From Obrimoposthia wandeli (lineage: Eukaryota), in the NCBI GenBank assembly GCA_977020255.1, contig CDROCS010002657.1, positions 248,001 to 312,000 of the forward strand: 64,000 nucleotides of DNA, read 5' to 3'. Of the stretch, positions 22,755 to 34,619 are shown piece after piece. The notes beneath the pieces were generated by a model. It saw only the letters and a list, made by a program, of their open reading frames with translations. It did no database searches and was not told the DNA's origin. How positions within the stretch are numbered: position 1 is the stretch's first letter; every line of letters starts with the position of its first letter. A program made the position numbers and the translations under genes.

Positions 22755-25700
22755 TAAGAATAAATTAAAATTAAAATAAATTACATTAGTACATTAGCTA
22801 AGATATTTTTTGACGTAAATTATTCATTTATAAGACTATTTTATGCTGCAATGATAATTTTGATTGTTTATTATACTATTATTTAGTTTTTGAATGAAAA
22901 ATAACATAAATATAAACTAGAATCTGTTTGAGGACTAATATTGATTGACGTATTTTATACATAATTGATGATTCGTAAAACTATTTTTTATTGCAATGTT
23001 AATTTTGATTGTTTATTTTATTAATATGTATTGTTTAAAGTAAAAATAATACATTTGAATTTATATATACATTATACAGAGGAAGCATATGTTAGTACGC
23101 GTTCAATCAATGAATTAAAAAATTATATCTTTTTTATCCAGATGATTATGTACGTTTCAGTCGAAGAAGGTAGTCCAGGAACCGGTTCAGGCGGTTCTGC
23201 GAACTTTTATATTTTTAGGAACCGGTTCGCGCGAACCGGTGCGAACCCTTGAATCCCACCACTGGCTGTAGCGCAGGCCTCTCTCTCCAAGATGGACCAG
23301 ACACAAAAGTCCAGAGGGTTCAAGTCAGGTGATGAAGGAGGCCACAATTCCTTCCTCCAGAAAGCTGGAAAGTGATTCTCACACCAGTCCTGAGTTTTGT
23401 TCGCAGTGTGAGAGGGCGCACCGTCCTGTTGGAATGTGAAAGGGTCATTTTTGAAATGTTTCTTCATTTCAACATGGGCTGGAGTCAAAATATCCTGGAT
23501 GTATGAGTTTGCGTTAACTTTGGCACCCTCTTTAACAAAAATGAGAGAGGATCTCCAATTCTCAGAGATGGCAGCCCATACCATTACCGAGCTAGGTTTT
23601 TGGCGACGGTAAACGGATTTTACCAAACTGGGAATGCTATCAGCACTCTTAGCTAAAATTCTGTCGTTCTGCGAGTTGAACTGGGTCTCAACAGTGAACA
23701 TTTTTTCATCAGAAAAGACAATTACCCCAGCATCCGTGCCATCCTTCTTTCGGTTCAGGAGAATCTTGACTCTTTCGACCCTCTTCTGTTTTTGCAATTC
23801 CGTCAGTTGTTGTCTGTTGGTCATCTTGAAAGGGGATAACTTGAGATCATCTTTGACAATAGTTCTGACAGTTTTTTCGTCAACTTTGAAGTCCTTGGCC
23901 ATTTTCCTCATTCTTTGTTTGGGGTTCCTCCTTATTCGCTCCCTAACGGTCTTTATTTTGGCTAGGGTGCGAGCAGTTCGGGGGTGTCCACTTCTGGGAC
24001 GATCGTCTGATGTCCCAAGTTCTTTGTATCGGTTTACTGCATCCCGAACTGTTGATTTTGGAGCTTTTAAGATCTTAACAATCTCTGGGTTCGTCTTTCC
24101 CGCGCAATGAAGTTGGATAATGGCCTCACGTTTACTCATTTTAAACAAATGCAAATTAAATTTTAGGAAATTTGGATCTGAAACATATAAATATATGTAT
24201 CTACAAACAAAATAATCCAAAAATGGATAAATTTAGTTAAATAATAATATCTTTAATTCAATTTTCAAAATTCGATCAGGAACTTTCTCCGGACCCTGTA
24301 TATGGATTAATTCTTAATTTCATCAAAATTATTCCTGTATGTCTACATCTTTATTTTCTCTCTTTTTAAATAACACTGTGTAACAAATACAAACTTGTAT
24401 CTTTCATTTTACTGAAAAGCATATATTTAATATAAATGTTTAGCTTATTTCGAAAATGTTATTAAAAATCCATTTAGTATGGATTTTGAGATATCGACAT
24501 TGTCAGAAACACAGTTTTAGGCACAAAATAACGATTTTTCACCTGCAGATGCGAATAGTGTGTAACTTGAATATTAGACGACAATGAAAAGTGACGCTTC
24601 AAATAGTGTATTTTACGAGTTTGTGTGGTGAAATAAAATCAATTTTTTAATACACGAACCACTCAAAACTACATTAATAAATAGGACATGAAATATTCAC
24701 TTTTATTTATCAGTTATAATTCTTTGCAAAATTTAAATTTAACTTTCAATCTTTAGCTTAAATTGTAAAATCTGTACCAGAGAAAGAAAAATCTGTATTG
24801 ATTAAGGAAAAACTTCTAACAAATAAAAAATTTCAACCATTGCTGGTTCCAAAACAGAATTGTCTTACCAAAACGTTTTTCGTACTAAACCAAACGATTT
24901 AAAGAGCAGATACTGTCGAAATTCATTATTATTTAAAGTTAGTCTCTTATTATTTAGTCTCTCAGTGTTTCGAAACCGAAAATCGAATATCTTCTTCTTT
25001 AACGCATATCGTTCTCAACATTTCAATTCTGACAGCTTCGTAAATCCATTTTAAGAGGTAAAATAAAGTAAAACGATTTTTAAAAATAGGGAGCCTGTGT
25101 GGAAAAGAAAATTAAGTTTGAAGATGATTTAAATTTAGAAAATAATTTTAGTGCAAAATCATTCCACGAATAGTTGTGTCTAAATGACAAATTATAAAAT
25201 AGATCAAAGTTTAAATGTTCCAATTGTGTTTCTGAAACATATTGTCATGACAACGGATTAACCCTCAAAATAAAGCGCCAATGGAGGACGAATTAACTCT
25301 ATTTGCTGATAGTCGACAAACTGGTTGCTAAGTGAGCAGTATTTGTTTCAGTGTTACTTCTCTGTTGACAGACGAATCTCTAAATTGAAGATTAGTGTCG
25401 AGTCATCTTGACAAAGTGCAGACAAATTTATTTTTGATTTACAACCTCATTGGTTGTACCAATAATTTCGGATTTGCAACATCATCTTCACAATAACACA
25501 AAGTGCACTGTTGGTAAGCTAAATCTACTCTTCAGCAGTTCAGTGAAAAGAATTGTGATATCTGATATGCATCGGGTGCTGTTTAAATCCGGATTTGGCT
25601 ACTAGCTTACTTTTAATTATTCAGAGAAGCAAAGAATTCCGGGCTTCTTGGGCGACTTTGCTAAATTTACATTGCTATATGACAATAAATAAAATGAACA

Positions 25701-26945
25701 AAACATAACAAATAGCAAATGAGAGCAATATTTATTCTTGATGGCATTCATTGTATTAGAAATGGAGATTCACATAAGTAAGTGGAACTGAAAAAAAATT
25801 CGCTATTTTCATTTTAATCCCCGAATTTTTGAAATTATGAATATGATAAGATAGAAGTAATTTTTATTTATTTTTATACTTGCATCCTGTTTCCCTGCGT
25901 ATTGTGGTGCTTCGGCTCCATATGGAGGAGTTTCCTGTGATACACCATATATTGCTTACTATCGGACAAATTTATATGGTCAAATGTATTAAGTCTGCCC
26001 ATTCAGAAGAACAATTGAAGACAAGGAGTAATTGGTGTTTTTCTTCTTCAACTCATCAGTTTCCCATGTGGCCGGTTTGAGACTGGTGCCTGATGTTTCA
26101 GGCAGACGGAGATGTGAGTGACAACAGTGAAAGCGAAGCAACGAATGTTAGTGAAGATGAAGTTGTCAACCACGTACCAAAACCAATCATGCGACAGGCA
26201 TATTTGAATGATTATGAAGTGGAAATGTCATGTTGATATCAGCGGGTTGGGGTAAAGTATGTAATTCGACATTTGGTGTCAGTTGTTTTAATATTTAAAA
26301 CATTTTTGTGTTTGTAAAATTCAAATAAATTGTTAGAAACTTTAGTTGTTTTTCTTATATCATTTTTAAAATAAAAAAATAGAAACCAAATTAATTAGGA
26401 ATAAAAAAGTAAATATAAATGATTAAATATAAAACAAATTTTATGATAGGACAGCTACACACAGCCGATTTTTCTTCAGTTGACCATCATTAAAACTTAC
26501 ATCCACTTTTTACTACATGGGAAATAATTCATTTATTACCATTAAACACTTCTCAATATCGATTATAAATTTAATTATTTGATGATTTTATCGCAAGTCT
26601 GATTTTTCAAGCCATCTCAATTTTGAACTTATTGACTCATTTTGTCCATGTGGAGCATCAACAAGAGAATTGTTGGGTCTTATTAAAATAAATTACTAAC
26701 AATTAAAATTCGCCTTAGGGTTTAAAAATAAAAACTGAACTATACACAATAAACTCTGGTACTCCCTTTGATCCCCTTTCTAAGTATAGTGGGAGTAGAC
26801 GAAATGGGAGTAAAAACTGAGAGAATAAGTGATATAATCTGTGAAATGTGGTCAAAAAGACAACAAATCTAACAACAGAAGACTCATGAAAATAAGAAGA
26901 TCCGAGAAGAAGTCACCGGCAGAACTGTTCCCATTTCGATCTCAT

Positions 26946-29900
26946 TTAGTCCGACTTGATAATCATGAAGATGAAGAGAGCATCCAGAACAACCTGAGAG
27001 TGATTCAAGGTTAAATTGAGTAAGGTTTAATGATGCTTTAAAATCTCAGTTACTGAGTACCGAACTATTCAAAAGTTTCTTCTCTTTACAGGGAGAACCA
27101 ATAAGTGGATTTGCTGTTTCTTGTTGAACCTTTGTATAGTTCAGCACTTGCTATATTTATCTTTAGTTATGACAAGTTTCCCGCGAATTCCGGGCTGCTG
27201 TAGTGCATCTAGAGACTCACCAGAACTGTGATGGTGACTCCCAGGAAAGCGAAGAGATAGCCCATGTACTGCTTGATCGAGGGCTTCACCTTGCTGTAGC
27301 AACCGATGTCCTTGTACGGGGAGTTATTCTTCTTTATGCATCCAGAGGGGTCGATTATCTTCAGTTTCTTGGTGGGACAGCACGACACAGGGTAAGTTTG
27401 GTCAGGGACTAGAATAAGCCAGACAATGGGGTCAAGGATACTTTATTTTGAAATAAAATGTTTTACAGATTCAATCTACTTATAATTGAAAGTAGTTGAT
27501 GCATATGTTATTTTACATAAAATCGGTCTCAAAATCACTCACTTTGCTTCACCCATTTTTTAGCTTGGACAAAATCGGTCGAGTTGAACATTCCGCAGCA
27601 ATGCATCTGGATGGAAGAACATGTTTTATTGATGAGGCAACCTGTTAAATATTCTAGTAATGATAATGCAGTCCTCATGTATGTAACTGCTCAAGGAAAC
27701 GACATAGGTCATCATTGGATAATACGGAGCTGAATATTCTAGATCCCCATTTGAATGCATTTACCAATCGATTGTGATGACGGTTCATAGTCGGCAGAGG
27801 AGAAACTGTGCACAGAAATGGGAACTTACGCTGGTCTGGACGACGTTGACGATCATGGACTCCGGGTTGGTGAAGTTGAATCCCTTGTAGCCCTCCACCA
27901 GCTTGAAGATCTTCATCTCCATCTGCTCGAATATCTGGATGGCCACACCGGTCAGAAATTAGAAACCGCTCTTAACTGATCCACTAAAGCTACTCTAAGA
28001 AACAATCTAAGGAAAATGAAGAGAGCTAGAAACAGCTGCCAATGAAACAATTGTAGGTCTCACCTTGGCTTGGCTGTTGCTACCATAGACGCAGGTCACG
28101 ATGAGCAGGATCACGGTGAAGCTCGACAGAAGTCCAACCAGCTGAATGAAGGTCAAATGAAGGTCAAATAGTCATGCGCAGACAATTATAAGAATCGAAA
28201 CAGTGAATACTTCTACAGCTCATCAGTGCCCAATTCGTAGTCAAGTATTCAGCAACTTTACAAAGCCAAGCTAATAAAGCAATATCCGTACCGTGTAGAG
28301 CACACATCTGACACCAATGCAGCAGATGACGACGTATCCCAGAATTGAGAGAATTGTCAAGATTATGCCCGCCACGAATATGATGGAACCGATTGTGGCT
28401 GCAAACAAATCATTAATATTAGAAAATATTGAAATTACTAATAAAAATAAAATAAGGAAATTATGTTAAAGTTAACTACTGATAACATAAAGCAATATAT
28501 CCAACACAAAGAATACTTGAACAATATGTTGTGTAAATCTGAAATATTGAAGGACCAAAGTTAAATTTAGTTAAATTTAGATATAAATGTAAAGAACTTC
28601 AACAAAAAAATTCACTACTTAACGAATTTAACAAATTGTATTAAACATATGTTATTTATTTCTGTCATTTTGAAACTATGTGTGAAACAGCGCTCCAACA
28701 CATCTCGAATGATTAATTCTCATTTATTAAGCATTTTCTGCTTCAAGTGGAATATGGGAGCTAAACCCCCAAATTGTCTCTACTCAAAGCGGATTCCCCA
28801 ACCTGTATTAGACTGGATCGTTTGGAAGACTGCAGTCAAAGTTTCGTCTGCATTTTTAACTCCAAGTTGGGGCAGCTTCTCTTTCATCATCTCCACGATG
28901 CTGCCGAGCTTGGGCGCTATGGTGTTGATTCCCCACAGCAGCATGCCTCCAACAACCATCCCTATGACGCCCAGCGTCTGGAAGGGGAGGACAAATTAGA
29001 AGGGGAATCTGCAAAACCTTTGGCAATTAGGATCAATGGGCACAGATTCTGCAATTACATTATCGAATAAAATGAAGGATTATGGAGTGAGGATTGAAAT
29101 TTAACTTTGGCTTTTCCCCTTTAATATTTAATATTTTAAATATATCAAATCGAAGCAGCGATAGAATGAATAAACAATGAAATCGATGTTGCCTTTAAAA
29201 TAATTGTTTAATATACATCTCCCCATTTTGTATCTTCTAAAATAATATTTTCTTTACAATCAATTCTTTCGCTAACCCGCGAATTTATCATTTCTTCTCT
29301 TTTCTGCATCTTCTGCTTATTTAAATCAATGCGCTTTGGTATTGTTTTACACTTCAAACTTTTATCTTGATCTTCACCTTTGAGGTGTACGTAAATTTTC
29401 TTTGTCAGTCATTTACTTACCATGTTCATTTTAGCTAACCCTTTGTATGGAAGACTGCTGCAATTGGAAGTATTAACAGTTGATCCTTAGTAATAACTCG
29501 TCTTCGCCTGAAATTGTTCCAGTGCTTCTCAAAAGAATGACATTGCCTGCGCTCGTACTGTAAATTATTACGTAAATGTTTCTTCTTACAACTGACCTTA
29601 TTTGAAAATTATTCTAAAATTTCTTCGCATTTGAAAATTTCATTTTTGTAAAGAAATAATTTGGGAAATATCAGTTGCAGTATTGGTTATGTCCTTTTCC
29701 TTGTTTTCCAGAAGTATTTGGTCATTCAAGTGCAGCTGCTCTCAATTTAATTGGCGCCAATTCCAGAAGAAACCGTCCCATTATTCAACAATGCAATCGA
29801 AACGTATTTTGTGAAGGTCCATCGACGATTCCCAGGAAACTGGCGCTTGAATCTAAACCCCCAAATGTGTCACAATATCAAAAAGAGTGACAATTTTGAT

Positions 29901-29996
29901 GCAACCTTCAGAAAATCAATGGAATAAACTCACCAGAATCAGTCCATTGACGAAGCCCAGGACGCACTTCAGGATTCCTTTGATTAAGCAACACAT
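26946..29996 (-). CDS. Tetraspanin, paralogue B (8 exons, 275 aa)
   Basis: Exons (minus, all GT-AG): 29996-29934, 28977-28803, 28398-28292, 28141-28064, 27934-27830, 27606-27543, 27408-27221, 26993-26946 (TAA). Reads MCCLIKGILKCVLGFVNGLIL...MHCCGMFNST...YPVSCC...DIGCY...VVLDALFIFMIIKSD*. Confidence 0.95.
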
Positions 29997-30043
29997 CTCG
30001 GAGAAATCTTATTCGAGAAAATACTGCTCACTCAACTTCACCT

Positions 30044-30110
30044 GGATATTTATACTGGATCTATTTGCTCCAACCGAGTTCCAGCAGCGATTTGATTGGC
30101 TGCGATTGTG
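30044..30110 (-). promoter_or_regulatory. Core promoter of tetraspanin B (CCAAT 30099-30095, TATAAAT 30054-30048)
   Basis: Same three conserved blocks as upstream of paralogue A. Confidence 0.75.
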
Positions 30111-30868
30111 TGATGATAATTTCGTGATAATTCAAAACAGTGACTCAATAACCACAAATTCCAATAGAAAATTAAATAGAATAATGAAATAAGTATTCTC
30201 TGAACAATTGCTTAGATTCAAGTCGACATTCTGATTACGTAATATTTCTGTTGCTAAGAAGTCGAATGAATAATTGGCCGGTGAATCGTGTTGTGTCTTC
30301 AATTTTCCCGCGTGCATTTGAATGATCCGGTGTAAAGTTGTATTTCATATCGCATTAGTTCACACTTGCTGTCGTTAGCAGTTATAATTGTGTGTCGAAA
30401 AGGAAATTCCTGCACAGCGAGGAAATTATTAGATAAAAAAGAATAAAGTTTCAGGATTGTGACTTTTAAATAAAATATATTTCTCTTTTTTGCTGAAGCA
30501 AACACAACACAGACCCAATTCTGACAGATATTTTAAATAAAGCAAAATTATTTCAAATTGAATGTTTAACTCTTTGGATTGCAAAAGATTTAAGCACAAA
30601 AATTCGCTCAAAAATTACAGACAAAATCTGAGTAACAGTTTAAATGCACTGGAGAAAATTTCCACTTTCATTTAAAACATCCGCGATAAAGAGAGAATTA
30701 TTTTATCTAGATGACCAAATGATGGAGATAACTAAATTATTTCATCAGAAAAATAAAAGTTAAATTATTTTCGTAAGGACTCCAGTGACATAAGCAGATG
30801 TTGACAATCAAATCTCTGAAGGTCTCGAGGCTTACACAAATTATGTAAATTCATTTGGAATTTGGGCG

Positions 30869-31173
30869 TTCCAGATGCAGAGGGGAAATTGTCGATGAGT
30901 TGTCTCCCCTCTAGAAAGGTGCTAAATCTTCCAGATGCAGAGGGGAAATTGTCGATGAGTTGTCTCCCCTCTAGAAAGGTGCTAAATCTTCCAGATGCAG
31001 AGGGGAAATTGTCGATGAGTTGTCTCCCCTTGAGAAAGGTGCTAAATCTTCCAGATGCAGAAGAGAAATTGTCGATGAGTTGTCTCTCCTCGAGAAAGGT
31101 GCTAAATCTTCCAGATGCAGAGGGGAAATTGTCGATGAGTTGTCTCCCCTCTAGAAAGGTGCTAAATCTTCCA
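30869..31173. repeat. 60-bp tandem repeat, ~5 copies
   Basis: TTCCAGATGCAGAGGGGAAATTGTCGATGAGTTGTCTCCCCTCTAGAAAGGTGCTAAATC repeated with few substitutions. Confidence 0.97.
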
Positions 31174-31691
31174 TATGCGTAACTACGAGCGGTGGGGTTT
31201 GCGAACGCTTCATCGTTTAAAAAATTAAATAACTCGAAATAGTAAAACGCTATTATGTAATGTCTCAAATGGCAACAATCCCAGTCAAAGTCGTTTTTAT
31301 AATAACGGACATATTTCAGAATGTTTTTGATATTTACCAATCCCGACTCAAGATTCTCTCTGGGCTATTCATATAATTCGCTCATTCCATGCCTTTGTCT
31401 CTCCGTTCGAAGATGTTTATAACGCAACTTGATAGAGAACGTATTCAATATATTTGAAATTCGCTATCCTGGCTATGCTGGTTACAACAGTTTATTGAAA
31501 TTGAAGCCCAGGTCCGGAGATACAACCATAAGCTAGTAATTAATACAGTCAAAATGTCGTAGTGAGACAGGTGCAACAAAAATCTCAGAAGATCAATAAT
31601 AAAAATAAGTAAAAGTAGGCAATAATTATCTACAAAAGACACCTCCCCATCTTTATGACTGCTATTATCACTTCTAGACGACCTCCACAAC

Positions 31692-32155
31692 TGATAAATT
31701 GACGCTGTATTGAAGATGTTCCTGTTTAGAAGATGCTGCAGTTAACTACTCAAAGTCGCTGATTTGTGGAGCGTCCTTGAATAATAATTCCCACAATTAT
31801 CGATAAATTGGCGCTGTATTGAAGTTGTTCTTGTTTAAAAGATGCTGCAGTTAACTTTTCAAAGTTGCTGATTTGTGGAGCGTCCTTGAATAATAATTCC
31901 CACAATTATCGATAAATTTGCGCTGTATTGAAGTTGTTCTTGTTTAAAAGATGCTGCAGTTAACTTTTCAAAGTTGCTGATTTGTGGAGCGTCCTTGAAT
32001 AATAATTCCCACAATTATCGATAAATTTGCGCTGTATTGAAGATGTTCCTGTTTAGAAGATGCTGCAGAAACTACTCAAAGTTGCTGATTTGTGGAGCGT
32101 CCTTGAATAATAATTCCCACAATTATCGATAAATTGGTGCTGCATTAAAGATGTT
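31692..32155 (+). repeat. ~109-bp satellite, ~4.3 tandem copies
   Basis: GATAAATT anchor at 31693, 31802, 31911, 32020, 32128. Confidence 0.95.
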
Positions 32156-33387
32156 AATGATATTTAAACTTGGATAACACGAAGACTTTCTTATGAAAAT
32201 TATAAAATAATATTTGATAAACATATTATTGTTATGACTTTAATTTGGAACATAATGCTATAGGAAAATGAATTTTTTAGATTAATTAATACCTCCAAAT
32301 GAGTCATGCTAAAGTTATTTTATCGTGATATCCAAATTTCAATTATTTTCATTTGTTAGATTAATTATACCGTAAAACACCACAATTTTCTCAGCAAATT
32401 CAATAAATATCACACGAAATTATTGTTATTCTTGTGACAATAAAATACCATTTTGTTTATTCATTTATAATTTATAAAATTCAATTTTGTTTTTTATAAA
32501 AATAGGTGAAAGTTAATTTTCTGCACACCGTACAGATTACAAATAGAAAATTTGGATACATCACATAATAAATCTTATTCAAAAAAAAAAATTTAAATCT
32601 GTAGGGAATTTTCTGAAAAGTGTATCCACATAAAAGCTGAATTAAGTAAGATTGAATGTTGTATAAGATCTTGATGAAAGTTAGCGAATACCAGTTATTA
32701 CATAACGATAACTTGGGCTAAGCCATACGGGGATTTTCAAATCTTTGGGCATTATCCTGAGGGCTGTGGGCATTAAAAAGTTCTCAAAAAAGTTATAACA
32801 AAAATTTATACAATTTCAAGAAAACAATAAATTAATCATAATTAGTAATTTAAATATGTAAAGTTGTTTTTATTAAGGAAGCCTCTGGTGCGTGAGTTCT
32901 TGAGAGTTACAAGAATTGTGTGGAAAGCCTTCCGAAATTGTCACTAATATCTGAAGGTTATTTATTTTATCTTATTGTGGCGACTAGCTTTTAGTTTATC
33001 TGTAAGTGTCTCAATCTTATGTTTACTTAATGTATACGCAAACATTTTACAACAATTTGTCTTCTTCTATAGGTGAGAATTTTACAAAATCCAAATAGTA
33101 AAACTGTGATGAACTTTGTTTAAACATCTAGTCTTCTAGATATTAACACATTTTCAATTTAGTTGAATAAAACTTGTTATTAGTTTCACTTCATTTTATT
33201 CCACTAAATATTACTCATCGATGGAAAAACTCTTTACTTTTTTAAAACTGGAAGGTAAATCCGAGACCGAGCATAAACATTGAAACGGATCTTCGACCTA
33301 ACTACAACCTGGACCAAAGCGACGGATGAAGAAAACTTATTCTCCTCATAAGTAACGTATCTTCAAATATTTACTCAAGAATCGCAA

Positions 33388-33853
33388 ATGCAAAGTCATA
33401 ATACAAAGATATCGAGATCCTGGGCCGAAGCATCATTTTCTAAATATCAGCTTATGCACAGGTCCCAGAAAGCAGAAGAAAACGTTAAGGACTTTGTGAC
33501 TGCTCTACAAAATCTCGCCACAAACTGCAACTTCAAAACTACCACGGCAGAAGTACACCGAGACGCGTATATCCGGGACGCCTTCGTGTCAGGAATTAAA
33601 CTGCAGTCAACTCGGCAAAGACTTCTAGAAAACAAAGAATGGAGTCTAACTCAAGTAAACTCCCAAGCTCAATCTCTGGAAGCTGCCATGGAAATTTCAG
33701 AAGCTTATGTTAGAAGATCAACACATTTAGACGCGGCCCATAACCTCCCGCAATCAGAATAAATAGCAGAATTTCTTACGATAGCAGCAGTCCAAAAGTG
33801 AGGGAAATGCTACTTCTGCGGAAAAGAATATCATGTAAGAAATCTATGTCCAG
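33388..33853 (+). pseudogene. Gypsy gag fragment
   Basis: QKAEENVKDFVTALQNLATNCNF...IRDAFVSGI...RQRLLE, then KCYFCGKEYHVRNLCP. The knuckle pair continues as KNATCNKCMKTGHF at ~52952 on the far side of the BEL insertion. Confidence 0.85.
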
Positions 33854-34619
33854 TGTTTCGGAGCGGAGGATAGAGTATAAAAACATAAAACTTCATGTAG
33901 AGCCTTTATTGAAACATAAACTATAATTCATCTAAATCTTTCATTGATTTAATTTAAACTTTTAAAAATATCCTTACCATAACAACTTGACTTCGATACA
34001 TCAATCACTTACATTTACATTACTTTTTATCACCAAAGTTAACTTAAATTAACCTGTTACAACACATAAAATATTTACATGAAATTTTACATAAAAAGAT
34101 GACGTCTCCAGATCCATTACCGCCCATCATCGTCATCTCACTGCCTACTATTGAATTTATTTCTAAAAGTATTTTAATATATTTTTCTCTTTCTTCTTCA
34201 ACATTCTTCTTCCAATTTGATCAGACATAATCAATCTACGGCTGATATTCTTTTAACGTCCTCTAGTGGTGTTAATCTCTCATCATTATCGCGTGGACCC
34301 AATCACATACTAACTTTTTGATTCAGCATCTGACAGGTGATAACTCCAATGAGTTATATCCACCTTCTTCTGGGAGTTCGGAAAAGACCCAATGCTAATT
34401 TACACAGTAAGATGATTCTTCAGACCAGTTTATCACTTCTAATATTGCAATCTCACTCCAGCGTCCATCTCCTCGTCTCTAATTTCCCATCTGCTCCTAA
34501 TTCCCAGTTACCTCTCTCTCTTGCTTCTCTATTTGCACCTCACGACCAATAATCGATCAGTAACGCAGTGTGCGTGCCTATTTTGTCTCGGTGCTCCAAA
34601 GGCAAGTAATTCCTTACTT

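Larger units (their letters stand above)
20508..23264. mobile_element. Non-autonomous hAT-type element
   Basis: TIRs CAGTGGTGGGATTC / GAATCCCACCACTG; perfect 8-bp TSD GCTGTAGC (20500-20507, 23265-23272). Confidence 0.93.
20355..24139 (-). pseudogene. maT transposase (339 codons reconstructed), interrupted
   Basis: MSKREAIIQLH... with FSDEK, QQDGAPSH and SPDLNPLD; 37 residues lie between the second and third Asp. Removing 20508-23264 plus one TSD copy rejoins REACATA|HDNTEALKK...KGGHIEK*. One nonsense codon at 20457-20459. Confidence 0.93.
20235..24298 (-). mobile_element. maT (DD37D, Tc1/mariner superfamily) transposon, 1,299 bp after removing the nested insertion
   Basis: TIRs CAGGGTGCGGAGAAAGTCCCCGATC / GATCAGGAACTTTCTCCGGACCCTG, TA on both sides (20233-34, 24299-300). 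Confidence 0.95.

Noticed and set aside
23634-24110. 158-aa plus-strand ORF
   Set aside because: Antisense shadow of the maT transposase.
25280-26260. Gypsy integrase tail / 3' end remnant
   Set aside because: Only a QAYLNDY-like ending and a purine-rich tract; no catalytic motif or LTR pair could be confirmed.
31445-31690. GPCR-like transmembrane fragment
   Set aside because: Only a hydrophobic stretch in AT-rich DNA, overlapping a satellite edge, with no supporting exons.
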